Of a DNA stretch of 53,226 nucleotides, positions 18,086 through 27,611 are shown piece after piece; the stretch's first letter is position 1; each line of letters opens with the position of its first letter. A program made the translations under genes and the position numbers. Under the pieces are notes generated by a model. That model worked only from the letters and a program-made list of their open reading frames with translations. It did no database searches and was not told the DNA's origin. The stretch comes from Geodermatophilus sp. (GTDB taxonomy: Bacteria > Actinomycetota > Actinomycetes > Mycobacteriales > Geodermatophilaceae), in NCBI GenBank assembly GCA_036259935.1, contig DATAAV010000134.1, forward strand, positions 1 to 53,226, read 5' to 3'.

Positions 18086-19342
18086 GTGACGACGTCGCTG
18101 AAGGTGGACACCGACCCCACGGAGGTCGGCTTCGACCCCGCCCGGCTGGCCCGCATCGACCGGCGGCTGGCCCGCTGGGTCGACGAGGGGCAACTGCCCG
18201 GCTTCCTCGTCACCGTGGCACGGCACGGACGGCTCGTGCACGTCGGCCGCCACGGCCACCGCGACGTGGAGCGGGGGCTGCCGGTCGAGGAGGACACCCG
18301 CTGGCGGATCTTCTCGATGACCAAGCCGGTGACCTCGGTGGCGGCGATGATGCTCTACGAGGAGGGCGCCTTCCAGCTCACCGACCCGATCGCACGGTGG
18401 CTGCCCGAGTTCGCCGAGACCCGGGTGTACGTGGCCGGCTCGGCCCAGAAGCCGGTGACCGCGCCGCAAACCGAGCCGATCCGGGTGTGGCACCTGCTCA
18501 CCCACACCTCGGGGCTGACCTACGGCTTCCACCACACCCACCCGGTGGACGCCATGTATCGCGCCGCCGGCCACGAGTGGGGCACTCCGCCCGGCGCCGA
18601 CTCCGCGGAGGTGTGCCGCCAGTGGGCGGCGATCCCGCTGGTCTTCCAGCCCGGGTCGGAGTGGAACTACGGCGTCTCCACCGACGTCCTCGGCCGGCTG
18701 GTCGAGGTGGTGTCCGGGCAGCCGCTCGACGAGTTCTTCGAGCAGCGCATCTTCCGCCCGCTCGGCATGGCCGACACCTCGTTCGGCCTGCGCGACGGCG
18801 ACGACGTCGACTCCCTCGCCCGGCTGTACGGCGCCGTGCCCGGCCGGCCGGGCGGCGCGCCGACCGGCTTCTCGCCGCTGGACACGATGGGCGCCGCGGC
18901 GCACCACACGCCGGCGTTCCTCTCCGGCGGAGGGGGCCTGGTCTCCACCGCCGGGGACTACCTCCGCTTCGTCGAACTGCTCCGCCGCGGCGGCGCCTAC
19001 GACGGCGGCCGGCTGCTCGGCCCGCGCACGATCGCCCACATGGTGCGCAACCACCTGCCCGGCAACGCCGACCTGGAGACCTTCGGCCGGCCGCTGTTCG
19101 CCGAGACCCCGCTGCGCGGTGTGGGCTTCGGGCTCGGGTTCTCGATGGTGATCGACCCGGTCCGCTACGGCGTCCTGGCCAGCCTCGGCGACTACAGCTG
19201 GGGTGGGGCGGCCTCCACGGCGTTCTACGTCGACCCGGTCGAGGACGTGACGGTCAGCTTCTACACGCAGCTGCTGCCCTCGAGCACGCTGCCCATCCGC
19301 AACTTCCTGCGCCAGCTGGTCAACCAGGCCCTGGCCGACTGA
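18086..19342 (+). CDS. Serine hydrolase, beta-lactamase/class C esterase-like
   Basis: SMTK (SxxK), LLTHTSGL, PGSEWNY, WGGAAST; GGAGG RBS. Confidence 0.9.
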   Translation: MTTSLKVDTDPTEVGFDPARLARIDRRLARWVDEGQLPGFLVTVARHGRLVHVGRHGHRDVERGLPVEEDTRWRIFSMTKPVTSVAAMMLYEEGAFQLTDPIARWLPEFAETRVYVAGSAQKPVTAPQTEPIRVWHLLTHTSGLTYGFHHTHPVDAMYRAAGHEWGTPPGADSAEVCRQWAAIPLVFQPGSEWNYGVSTDVLGRLVEVVSGQPLDEFFEQRIFRPLGMADTSFGLRDGDDVDSLARLYGAVPGRPGGAPTGFSPLDTMGAAAHHTPAFLSGGGGLVSTAGDYLRFVELLRRGGAYDGGRLLGPRTIAHMVRNHLPGNADLETFGRPLFAETPLRGVGFGLGFSMVIDPVRYGVLASLGDYSWGGAASTAFYVDPVEDVTVSFYTQLLPSSTLPIRNFLRQLVNQALAD

Positions 19343-19350
19343 CGCGGGCA

Positions 19351-19376
19351 CCGCGCTTCATCGCGATAAAGCGCGG
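19351..19376. repeat. Palindrome CCGCGCTTCATCGCGATAAAGCGCGG (repeat family A)
   Basis: Near-perfect palindrome matching 6688-6733; between convergent genes. Confidence 0.8.
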
Positions 19377-19387
19377 AGGGCGGGAGG

Positions 19388-19849
19388 TCACAGGTAGCGG
19401 CGGTAGACGACGGTGGCGACCATCGCGGGCTTGGCCGAGCCCTCCACCTCGATGGTCACGCCCATGTTCATCTGGATGCCGCCCTCGAACGGCGTGGCCG
19501 ACTCCATCGTCGCCGTCGCGCGGATGCGCGCGCCCACCGGCACCGGCGCGGGGAAGCGCACCTTCTCGGTGCCGTAGTTGACCCCCATCCGGAACCCGGT
19601 GATGTCGACGATCTGGGGCAGCAGCGAGGGCACCAGCGACAACGTCAGGTAGCCGTGCGCGATCGGACCGCCGAACGGGCTCTCGGCCCGGGCCCGCTCC
19701 GGGTCGACGTGGATCCACTGGTGGTCGCCGGTCGCGTCGGCGAACAGGTTGACCTGCTCCTGCGTGACGGTCACCCACTCGCTGGAGCCCAGCTGCTTCC
19801 CGACCAGGCCCTGCACGCCCTCGACGCCGTCGACGGTCGTCTGCGCCAT
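19388..19849 (-). CDS. MaoC family dehydratase (NodN-like)
   Basis: FADATGDHQWIHVD, IAHGYLTLSL, NYGTEKVRF. Confidence 0.9.
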   Translation of the reverse strand: MAQTTVDGVEGVQGLVGKQLGSSEWVTVTQEQVNLFADATGDHQWIHVDPERARAESPFGGPIAHGYLTLSLVPSLLPQIVDITGFRMGVNYGTEKVRFPAPVPVGARIRATATMESATPFEGGIQMNMGVTIEVEGSAKPAMVATVVYRRYL

Positions 19850-19919
19850 GAAACGTCCCCTTTCCGCTCGACTAGGTTGGCGAACTCCACCACACCCCGC
19901 CGCGGTAGGGAGGGACGGG

Positions 19920-20780
19920 TTGTTGCGACTGGGCGCCCTCGCCGTCCCCGACGGCCGGTTCGTCGTCATGGCGATCATCAACCGCACGCCGGACTCCTTC
20001 TACGACCGCGGCGCCACCTACGAGCTCGCCGCCGCCGTCGAGCGGGTCGACCGGGTGGTCGCCGAGGGCGCGGACATGGTCGACGTCGGCGGGGTGAAGG
20101 CGGCGCCCGGTGACGAGGTGGACGCCGCCGAGGAGATCCGCCGCACCGTCGACCTGGTGGCGGCGATCCGGGCGGCGCACCCGACCCTGCCGATCTCGAT
20201 CGACACCTGGCGGGCGGAGGTGGCCAAGGAGGCCCTGGCCGCCGGAGCCGACGTGGTCAACGACGCCTGGGGCGGGGTGGACCCGGCGCTGGCCGGGGTC
20301 GCCGCCGCCGCGGGTGCCGGGATCGTCTGCACGCACGCCGGAGGGCTGCCGCCGCGCACCCGGCCGCACCGGGTCACCTACGACGACGTCGTGGCCGACG
20401 TGATCGCCCGGACGACGGCGCTGGCCGAGGCCGCCGTCGCCGCCGGCGTGGAGCGGGAGCGGGTGCTGGTCGACCCCGGCCACGACTTCGGCAAGAACAC
20501 CCGGCACTCGCTGGAGGCGACCCGCCGGCTGGGCGAGCTGGTGGCCACCGACTGGCCGGTGCTCGTGGCGCTGTCGAACAAGGACTTCGTCGGCGAGACC
20601 CTGGACGTCCCGCTGGAGGAGCGGCTGACCGGCACGCTGGCGGCGACCGCGGTCAGCGCCTGGCTGGGGGCCCGGGTGTTCCGCGCCCACGACGTCGCCG
20701 CCACCCGGCAGACCCTCGACATGGTCGCCTCCATCCGCGGCGACCGGCCGCCGGCCCGCACCGTCCGCGGCCTGGCCTGA
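19920..20780 (+). CDS. folP2: Dihydropteroate synthase-like protein (FolP2 type)
   Basis: NRTPDSFYD, SIDT, DPGHDFGKN, SNKDF, FRAHDV; TTG start after GGAGG. Confidence 0.8.
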   Translation: MLRLGALAVPDGRFVVMAIINRTPDSFYDRGATYELAAAVERVDRVVAEGADMVDVGGVKAAPGDEVDAAEEIRRTVDLVAAIRAAHPTLPISIDTWRAEVAKEALAAGADVVNDAWGGVDPALAGVAAAAGAGIVCTHAGGLPPRTRPHRVTYDDVVADVIARTTALAEAAVAAGVERERVLVDPGHDFGKNTRHSLEATRRLGELVATDWPVLVALSNKDFVGETLDVPLEERLTGTLAATAVSAWLGARVFRAHDVAATRQTLDMVASIRGDRPPARTVRGLA

Positions 20781-20838
20781 AAGAGGACCCCCTCCTCCCC
20801 TCCCCTCGCACGCTCGGGGCGGTACCCGGGAGGGGGCC
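20781..20838. repeat. Stop-codon-adjacent repeat (family D)
   Basis: AGGACCCCCTCCTCCCC..CTCGCA.GCTCG.GGCGG.ACCCGGGAG, matches 34543-34600. Confidence 0.75.
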
Positions 20839-20883
20839 CAGGATCTAGCCTGCGCCGCACCGATCGGCACAGGAGGTGGCGGG

Positions 20884-21270
20884 ATGAGCGGACGGGTCGT
20901 GCACTTCGAGATCCCCTTCGAGGACGGGGACCGCGCGAAGCGCTTCTACGCGGAGGCCTTCGGCTGGCAGGTCCATGACATGCCGGAGATGGCCTACACG
21001 CTGGTCACCTCCGGCCCCAGCGGCGACGAGGGTCCGAGCGAGCCCGGGTTCATCAACGGCGGGATGATGGCGCGTGAGGGCAGCCCCTCGACCGGTCCCG
21101 TCATCGTCGTCGACGTCGACAGCATCGACCGCGCGCTGAAGACCGTCGGCGAGCTCGGCGGATCCACCGTGACGCCGAAGATGGCGGTCGGCGACATGGG
21201 CTTCGCCGCCTACGTCAAGGACCCCGAGGGCAACGTGATCGGGCTCTGGGAGAGCGCCTCGCCGTCCTGA
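20884..21270 (+). CDS. VOC/glyoxalase family protein
   Basis: VVHFEI..RAKRFY..FGW, KDPEGNVIGLWE; AGGAGG RBS. Confidence 0.9.
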   Translation: MSGRVVHFEIPFEDGDRAKRFYAEAFGWQVHDMPEMAYTLVTSGPSGDEGPSEPGFINGGMMAREGSPSTGPVIVVDVDSIDRALKTVGELGGSTVTPKMAVGDMGFAAYVKDPEGNVIGLWESASPS

Positions 21271-21399
21271 CGAGTCGCGATCCTCGGGACGCGGTCGCCG
21301 TCCTCGCCGTACGACGCGAGGCCGGCGACGGCGGGGTGAGGACGGCGATCACCGGAGGACGGACAGCGACGCCGCGGGGCCCTCGCTAGGTTGCCCGGC

Positions 21400-21825
21400 A
21401 TGGCCGCCACCGGGTTCCACACCGCCGACGAGCTCAACGCCCTCCTGCCCGGCACGCTGCCGGGGCTGCTCGGCCTGGTCATCACCGGCCACGAACCCGG
21501 CCGGCTGGAGGCGGCGCTCGACGTGCGGCCCGAGCTGCTGGCGCCCAACGGCTACCTGCACGCCGCGACCGTCGTCGGCCTGGCCGACACCGCCTGCGGC
21601 CTGGCCACCCGCGCGCTGCTGCCCGAGGGCTCCAGCGGCTTCACCACGATCGAGCTGAAGTCGAACTTCCTCGGCACCGTCCGCGAGGGCCGGATCGCCA
21701 CGGTCGCCACCAACGCGCACGCCGGGCGGACCACCCAGGTGTGGGACGCCGTCGTGCGCGCCGAGGGCTCGGGCCGGACGCTGGCGCTGTTCCGCTGCAC
21801 CCAGTCGGTGCTCTGGCCCCGCTGA
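21400..21825 (+). CDS. PaaI family thioesterase
   Basis: NGYLHAATVVGLADT, TIELKSNF, GRTTQVW. Confidence 0.9.
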   Translation: MAATGFHTADELNALLPGTLPGLLGLVITGHEPGRLEAALDVRPELLAPNGYLHAATVVGLADTACGLATRALLPEGSSGFTTIELKSNFLGTVREGRIATVATNAHAGRTTQVWDAVVRAEGSGRTLALFRCTQSVLWPR

Positions 21826-21925
21826 GCGGGCCGGCGCATCCACAACTCGCCGGTAACCCCCCTGTGGCGACGGCCACCGGCAATGTGAGACTGGCGCCAC
21901 ATCCGGACCGAGAAGGAGTTCTCCT

Positions 21926-23527
21926 GTGCCGCTGGCCAGCCTCTACCCCGACATCGAGATCCCCGACCTGTCGGTGCCCGCCTTCGTCCTCGCCGCGGGC
22001 AGGGAGCGGCCGGACGCCCCGGCCCTGGTCGACGGGCTGAAGGGCGACACCATCACCTACGGCCAGCTCGTCGGCTACGTCGACCGCGTCGCGGCGGCCC
22101 TGCACGCCCGGGGCCTGCGCAAGGGCGACGTCGTCGCCGTCTTCTGCCCGAACACGCCCTGGTACCCGGTGGTCTTCCACGGCATCGCCGCCGCCGGCTG
22201 CGTGAGCACGCCGATCAACTCGCTGTACACCCCCGACGAGATCGCCTTCCAGCTGCGCGACTCCGGGGCGAAGGTGCTCATCACCGTCTCGCCGTTCCTC
22301 GACCGCGCCATGGCCGCGGTGGAGAAGACGCCCGTCGACGAGGTCATCGTCATGGACGGCGCCGAGGGGCACGCCTCGCTGCTGGACCTGCTCAGCACCG
22401 CCGCGCCGTCGGTGGAGGTCGACATCGACCCGGCGAACGACCTGGTGACCCTGCCCTACTCCAGCGGCACCACCGGCCTGCCCAAGGGCGTCATGCTCAC
22501 CCACCGCAACCTGGTGGCCAACGTGAGCCAGATGCGGCCGGTGATAGACGCGCACGAGGGCGACGAGCGGATCATCGCCGTCCTGCCGTTCTTCCACATC
22601 TACGGGCTCACCGTGCTGATGAACCAGGGCCTGGCCATGGGCGGCACCGTGGTCACCCTGCCGCGGTTCGACCTCGAGGACTTCCTCCGGGTCCTCCAGG
22701 ACCAGAAGATCACCCGGGCCTTCGTCGCCCCGCCGATCGTGCTGGCCCTGGCCAAGCACCCGCTGGTGGACAAGTACGACCTCTCCTCGCTGCGCACCAT
22801 CACCTCCGGTGCGGCGCCGCTGGACGAGTCGCTGGCCCTGGCCGCCGAGCAGCGGCTGCGCAAGGGCGCCGACGCCGGCGTGACGATCGCGCAGGGCTAC
22901 GGGATGACCGAGCTGTCGCCGGTGTCGCACACCACCCCCGACCGCGGCAAGGAGCCGCCCGGCGCGGTGGTCGAGGTGCCCAAGGGCTCGGTGGGCTACG
23001 CCCTGCCCAACACCGAGTGCCGGCTGGTCGACCCCGCCACGGGCGAGGACGCCGCCCCCGGCGCCCGCGGCGAGCTGTGGGTCCGCGGGCCGCAGGTGAT
23101 GAAGGGCTACCTCAACAACCCGCAGGCCACGGCCGACACCCTGGACGCCGACGGCTGGCTGCACACCGGCGACGTCGCGGTCGTCGACGAGCGCGGCTTC
23201 TACACCGTCGTCGACCGGGTCAAGGAGCTGATCAAGTACAAGGGCTACCAGGTTGCCCCGGCCGAGCTCGAGGCCGTGCTGCTCACCCACCCGGAGATCG
23301 CCGACGCCGCGGTGATCGGCGTGCCGGACAAGGAGAGCGGAGAGGAACTGCCCAAGGCGTTCGTCGTCCGCGCCCCCGGCTCCCAGCTCACCGCGGAGGC
23401 GGTCGTGGAGTACATGGCCGGCAAGGTCGCCCCGCACAAGAAGATCCGGATCGTGGAGTTCATCGAGCAGGTGCCGAAGTCCGCGGCGGGCAAGATCCTG
23501 CGCAAGGAGCTCAGGGCCGCCGGCTGA
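21926..23527 (+). CDS. AMP-binding acyl-CoA synthetase (4-coumarate-CoA ligase-like)
   Basis: YSSGTTGLPKG, QGYGMTE, GWLHTGD, DRVKELIKYKG, PKSAAGKILR. Confidence 0.92.
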   Translation: MPLASLYPDIEIPDLSVPAFVLAAGRERPDAPALVDGLKGDTITYGQLVGYVDRVAAALHARGLRKGDVVAVFCPNTPWYPVVFHGIAAAGCVSTPINSLYTPDEIAFQLRDSGAKVLITVSPFLDRAMAAVEKTPVDEVIVMDGAEGHASLLDLLSTAAPSVEVDIDPANDLVTLPYSSGTTGLPKGVMLTHRNLVANVSQMRPVIDAHEGDERIIAVLPFFHIYGLTVLMNQGLAMGGTVVTLPRFDLEDFLRVLQDQKITRAFVAPPIVLALAKHPLVDKYDLSSLRTITSGAAPLDESLALAAEQRLRKGADAGVTIAQGYGMTELSPVSHTTPDRGKEPPGAVVEVPKGSVGYALPNTECRLVDPATGEDAAPGARGELWVRGPQVMKGYLNNPQATADTLDADGWLHTGDVAVVDERGFYTVVDRVKELIKYKGYQVAPAELEAVLLTHPEIADAAVIGVPDKESGEELPKAFVVRAPGSQLTAEAVVEYMAGKVAPHKKIRIVEFIEQVPKSAAGKILRKELRAAG

Positions 23528-23580
23528 CCCGAGGCGTGCGGGGGTCGCCGCCCGGCGGCCCCCGCGGCGCGTCGGGGTCA
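23526..23580. terminator. GC-rich hairpin between convergent genes, putative bidirectional terminator
   Basis: GACCCGA..GGGGGTCGCCG/CGGCGGCCCCC..TCGGGGTC arms. Confidence 0.5.
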
Positions 23581-24171
23581 CGCCGTTCCACGCACCTCGT
23601 CCCGGCGGCGGAGCCAGCGGTCCTCGCCGAGCCGCAGCGCCAGCCGCAGGCCCGGTCCGCCGGCACGCATCGTCTGCACCCGCTCGGACGGCGAGCAGGC
23701 GTCGAGAAACCACGGCACGGCGAACGCGGCACGCCGCCGACCGGCGGCCCGCCGGAAGGCGGCGGCGCAGCGCAGCAGGTCCTCCGGCGAGTGGAGGTGC
23801 GCCGCGCCGGGATCGGACGGCTGCTCGAGCAGGTCGGCCAGCGCGGTCAGCGCCCGCGCCAGGCCGGGAGAGCCGGCGCTCACGTCGCGTGCGAACAGCG
23901 GCACGGGCTCCGCCGCGGCCGCGCCGGCCGCAGACAGCGGAACGTCGTCCCGCTGGACGGCGACCGCCCGCACGGTGCCCAGGACGGCGCCGGCGAAGCC
24001 GGCGATCGCCCGCTGCCGCTGCGGGCAGCACGGAGCGTCGAAGGCGATGCCGGTGACCGCGTCGGCGAGGGTCCGGATGGCCGTGCGCAGCGCGCGCCGT
24101 TCGACCGGGCAGCCGGCCGGGCGCGCGGGCGCGGGGGATCGGGGAGGCGGTGCGGGCAGTGTGGTCGTCAT
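23578..24171 (-). CDS. Hypothetical protein, possibly a degenerate hemerythrin-like helical protein
   Basis: ATG 24171 preceded by CAGCGT; C-terminus FAVPWFLD..LRLALRL..RWLRR resembles actinobacterial hemerythrin-domain proteins. Confidence 0.55.
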   Translation of the reverse strand: MTTTLPAPPPRSPAPARPAGCPVERRALRTAIRTLADAVTGIAFDAPCCPQRQRAIAGFAGAVLGTVRAVAVQRDDVPLSAAGAAAAEPVPLFARDVSAGSPGLARALTALADLLEQPSDPGAAHLHSPEDLLRCAAAFRRAAGRRRAAFAVPWFLDACSPSERVQTMRAGGPGLRLALRLGEDRWLRRRDEVRGTA

Positions 24172-24270
24172 GCGAGGCACGCTGCCGGTGCCGGCTGGCG
24201 AGCCGCTTGCGCCGCACTTGGACCGGCCGCTCGGACACCGGACCAGCGGGGATGTGCCTAGGGTCGGACC

Positions 24271-25266
24271 ATGCGTGCGGTGACCATGAGCGGTTTCGGT
24301 GGCCCCGAGGTGCTCGGCTGGGGGGAGGTCCCCGACCCGCAGTGCCGACCCGGCGAGGTGATCGTCGACGCCGTGGCGACGGCGGTCAACCGGGCCGACC
24401 TGCTGCAGCGGGCCGGACACTACCCACCGCCGCCCGGCGCCAGCGAGATCCTCGGCCTGGAGTGCAGCGGGGTGATCAGCGAGGTCGGCGAGGACGTGAC
24501 CGGCTGGTCGGTGGGCGACGAGGTGTGCGCGCTGCTGACGGGCGGGGGCTACGCCGAGCGGGTCGCCGTCCCGGCCGGGCAGCTGCTGCCCCGCCCGGCG
24601 GGCGTGGAACTGGCCACCGCCGCCGCGCTGCCCGAGGTCGTCTGCACCGTCTGGTCGAACGTCTTCATGCTGGCCCGGCTGCGGCGCGGGGACAGCTTCC
24701 TGGTGCACGGCGGCTCCAGCGGCATCGGCACGATGGCCCTCCAGCTGGCCGCCCGGGCCGGCGCGCGGGTGTTCACCACCGCAGGCACGCCGGCGAAGCT
24801 GGAGGTCTGCCGCGAACTGGGCGCCGAGGTGGCGATCAACTACCGCGACGAGGACTTCGTCGAGCGGGTGCGCGAGGAGACCGACGGCGCCGGCGTGGAC
24901 GTCGTCCTCGACAACATGGGCGCCAAGTACCTCGGCCGCAACGTCGACGTGCTCGCCACCGGCGGCCGGCTGGTCTGCATCGGGATGCAGGGCGGGACCC
25001 GGGGCGAGCTGGACCTCGGCGTCCTGATGCGCAAGCGCGGAACGGTGCACGCCACGACGCTGCGCTCCCGGCCGGCCACCGGCCCGGGCGGCAAGGCCGA
25101 GATCGTCGCCGCGGTGCGGCACGACGTGTGGCCCGACGTGGAGCGCGGCGTGATCCGCCCGATCGTCGACCGGCGGCTACCGATGTCCCGTGCCGCGGAG
25201 GCGCACGAGGTGGTCGCCGCCAGCGAACACATCGGCAAGGTACTGCTGCTCGTCGACGGCTCCTGA
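24271..25266 (+). CDS. NAD(P)H-quinone oxidoreductase, PIG3 family
   Basis: VNRADLLQR, GLECSG, HGGSSGIG, HIGKVLL. Confidence 0.92.
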   Translation: MRAVTMSGFGGPEVLGWGEVPDPQCRPGEVIVDAVATAVNRADLLQRAGHYPPPPGASEILGLECSGVISEVGEDVTGWSVGDEVCALLTGGGYAERVAVPAGQLLPRPAGVELATAAALPEVVCTVWSNVFMLARLRRGDSFLVHGGSSGIGTMALQLAARAGARVFTTAGTPAKLEVCRELGAEVAINYRDEDFVERVREETDGAGVDVVLDNMGAKYLGRNVDVLATGGRLVCIGMQGGTRGELDLGVLMRKRGTVHATTLRSRPATGPGGKAEIVAAVRHDVWPDVERGVIRPIVDRRLPMSRAAEAHEVVAASEHIGKVLLLVDGS

Positions 25267-25272
25267 GCCCAT

Positions 25273-25342
25273 CCCCCGGCGAGATCGCCGATCTCGCACG
25301 GATTCGAGGCCCGAAGCGTGCGAGATCGGCGATCTCGCCGGG
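25273..25342. repeat. Nested-palindrome repeat (family B)
   Basis: CCCGGCGAGATCGCCGATCTCGC..GCGAGATCGGCGATCTCGCCGGG; second copy at 32680-32753. Confidence 0.82.
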
Positions 25343-25352
25343 AAGAGGAGGG

Positions 25353-25985
25353 TCACAGGTCGGCGCGCACCAGTTCCCGACCCCGCCGGTCGAGCAGGAC
25401 CACCTCGGCCAGGGCGCCGCGGTCGACCTCGGTCCAGCCCCGGAACCAGGCCGCTCCCGCGTAGGTCGCCGCCCACTCCCCGGCCGGGTGCCGCCGGCCG
25501 TCGCGGTCGATCACGACCAGTCGGCACTGCTCGTTGCGGGACAGCCCGGCGACGGTGACGTCCAGGGCGGTGCCGTCGGAGCGGGCGGTGGCGGTGATGG
25601 TCATCTGCACCTGCCCGGCCGAGGCCCACACGGTGCCGGGGACGCGGCTCTCCTGCCGGGTCGTGACGCCGACGGCGATGCCACCGACCACCAGCGCCGC
25701 CGCGGCGGCCACCAGCAGCCGCCGTCCGTGCCGGGGCCGGCGCGGGGAGCCGCCGGCCGCCGCCGACACCCGGTCGAAGAGGTCCGGGGACGGCGCCACG
25801 GGAGCGCCGCGAAGGCCGCGGGGGTCCGCCCGCGCCAGCAGGCCGGGCAGGGCCTCGAGCTCGGCCACCTCCGCCCGGCACGCGCCGCACCCCTGCAGGT
25901 GCTCCTCCACCTGCCGGGTCTCCTCCGCCTCCAGCGCGCCGAGGACGTAGGCCCCCAGGCCGGGGACCACCTCCCGGCAGGTCAT
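25353..25985 (-). CDS. Zinc-binding anti-sigma factor (zf-HC2/ZAS, RslA-like)
   Basis: LGAYVLGAL..HLQGCGAC (HxxxCxxC), one TM segment, extracytoplasmic domain; ATGA overlap with the sigma gene. Confidence 0.88.
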   Translation of the reverse strand: MTCREVVPGLGAYVLGALEAEETRQVEEHLQGCGACRAEVAELEALPGLLARADPRGLRGAPVAPSPDLFDRVSAAAGGSPRRPRHGRRLLVAAAAALVVGGIAVGVTTRQESRVPGTVWASAGQVQMTITATARSDGTALDVTVAGLSRNEQCRLVVIDRDGRRHPAGEWAATYAGAAWFRGWTEVDRGALAEVVLLDRRGRELVRADL

Positions 25986-26542
25986 GGCGTCACACCGCGC
26001 TCGGCGAGCGCCAGCTTGAGCGCCCGCAGGGCGTAGTAGCAGCGGGACTTCACCGTGCCCGGCGGGATCCCCAGGACGGCGGCCGCCTCACCGACCGTGC
26101 GCCCCAGGTAGTAGGTCTCGACGAGGACGGCGCGGTGCTCGGGGGAGAGCGAGTCCAGCGCGTCGGTGACGATGATCCGGTCCAGGGTGCCGTCGAGCTG
26201 GTCCAGGCCGGGCAGCGCCGCCAGGTCGGCGTCCGGGACCTCGGGCGGGCGGGCCCGCCGGGCCCGGTGGGCGTCGATGGCCAGGTGGTGGGCGACGGTG
26301 AACAGCCACGGCCGGACCGGCGCCGCGGCCGGGTCCAGCGCGTCGAGGTGCCGCCAGGCGCGGACCAGGGTCTCCTGGACCAGGTCCTCGGCGCGGGCCC
26401 GGTCGCCGTCGCACAGGCGCAGGGCGTAGGCGAGCAGGGCGGGGGCGTGGGCGTCGTAGAGCGCGCGCAGGCTCCGCTCGCCGGTGCCGCCTGCCTCCGC
26501 CCACCGGAACCGCCATCTCGGTGAGCCGCCCGGGGCCCGCAC
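25982..26542 (-). CDS. ECF RNA polymerase sigma factor (SigL-like); start approximate
   Basis: AEDLVQETLVRAWRH, RPWLFTVA, GIPPGTVKSRCYYALRAL. Confidence 0.88.
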   Translation of the reverse strand: MRAPGGSPRWRFRWAEAGGTGERSLRALYDAHAPALLAYALRLCDGDRARAEDLVQETLVRAWRHLDALDPAAAPVRPWLFTVAHHLAIDAHRARRARPPEVPDADLAALPGLDQLDGTLDRIIVTDALDSLSPEHRAVLVETYYLGRTVGEAAAVLGIPPGTVKSRCYYALRALKLALAERGVTP

Positions 26543-26544
26543 GG

Positions 26545-26988
26545 TCAGCCCGTGCGGGCCGGTTCGGCGGGATCCGACGCCGAGGCGCGGGTACGGACGC
26601 GCAGCAGCGCCAGCGCCGCCAGCACGCCCGCCCCCACCACCTCGACCCACACGCTCGGCCAGAACAGGGTCGCCCGGGTCGACTCGACGAACCCGAACAG
26701 CCCGACCCAGACCGACAGGAGCAGCGCCCCGAGGGTGCCGGCCTGCAGCAGCGCGCCGAGCGCGGCGACCACGGCGAGCCACCGCCACGGCGCGGCGAGC
26801 ACCGCGAGGCAGAGCACCCCGCCGGCGACCACGTTCACCAGGAACAGCGGCCCGATCGTCGGGATGTCCCGGTACCCGGCGGCCCAGAGGTACAGGTGGA
26901 TCCCGGCCATGGCCGCCAGCAGCGCGGCACCGACGAGCCGCAGCGCGAGCACCAGCGGCCGCACAGCGGGCGAGCGGGTTCGGCTCAT
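26545..26988 (-). CDS. Four-TM hypothetical membrane protein
   Basis: Hydrophobic helices, IHLYLW..GY..IGPLFLVN; GGAGG RBS; operonic with the ECF pair. Confidence 0.75.
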   Translation of the reverse strand: MSRTRSPAVRPLVLALRLVGAALLAAMAGIHLYLWAAGYRDIPTIGPLFLVNVVAGGVLCLAVLAAPWRWLAVVAALGALLQAGTLGALLLSVWVGLFGFVESTRATLFWPSVWVEVVGAGVLAALALLRVRTRASASDPAEPARTG

Positions 26989-27025
26989 GGCGGGCACACC
27001 TCCGGAGCGCAGATCAGTATCCCGG

Positions 27026-27559
27026 TCAGCTGGCCGGCGCGGTCGTCGTCATGATCTTCTGTCCGTCGGGCCCGACGACCCACCACACGTTGTTGACGCC
27101 CTGGCCGGTGGTGTCACCGGGCTGCTGGTCGTCCTGCCACAGGTAGAGCGGCCAGCCTTCCAGGGTGGCCTGCATCGTCCCGTCGTCGCGGGTGATCGTG
27201 CCGACCTCCCCGGTGACGCCCTCCACCTGCGGGTCCTCCGTCTCGGTGGTGACCGGCGGCCACGCCACCAGGCAGTCACCGGAACACGCGCTGGTGCCCG
27301 AGCCGGGGGTGTCGCGGTCGAAGACGTACACGGTCATGCCCTCGCCGTCGACGACGATGGTGCCGAGGTCCGTCTCGGCCGTCGACAGCACGACGTCCTC
27401 GGCCGGGGTCGTGGCCTCCGGGGATTCGGTGGCCGGGGACTCGGTGGCCGGGGTGGTGGCGGTGCCCGCGCCGGTGTCGGCGGCGTCGTCGTCTCCGCAG
27501 CCGCTGAGGACGAGAAGGCCGACGGTCGCGACGGTGGTCAGGATCGAGGTCTTCCGCAC
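27026..27559 (-). CDS. Secreted lipoprotein with Yx(FWY)xxD repeats (COG4315-like)
   Basis: Lipobox LSGC; VYVFDRD and LYLWQDD repeats; CSGDCLVAWPP. Confidence 0.85.
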   Translation of the reverse strand: MRKTSILTTVATVGLLVLSGCGDDDAADTGAGTATTPATESPATESPEATTPAEDVVLSTAETDLGTIVVDGEGMTVYVFDRDTPGSGTSACSGDCLVAWPPVTTETEDPQVEGVTGEVGTITRDDGTMQATLEGWPLYLWQDDQQPGDTTGQGVNNVWWVVGPDGQKIMTTTAPAS

Positions 27560-27611
27560 GGGAACTCCCTCCGCCGGGCGGGGCCCGGCGGTCCGGGCCC
27601 CCGTACCAGGG

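Noticed and set aside
16181-19351. 1056-aa minus-strand ORF and similar long ORFs (21641-24238, 38527-40680, 44162-46945, 43467-45977, 50911-52788)
   Set aside because: These are shadow ORFs antisense or out of frame to well-supported genes. They are Arg/Gly/Pro-rich with no motifs, as expected in high-GC DNA.
27400-27470. Short tandem repeat encoding PATES-PATES-PEAT
   Set aside because: It is an ordinary low-complexity lipoprotein linker.
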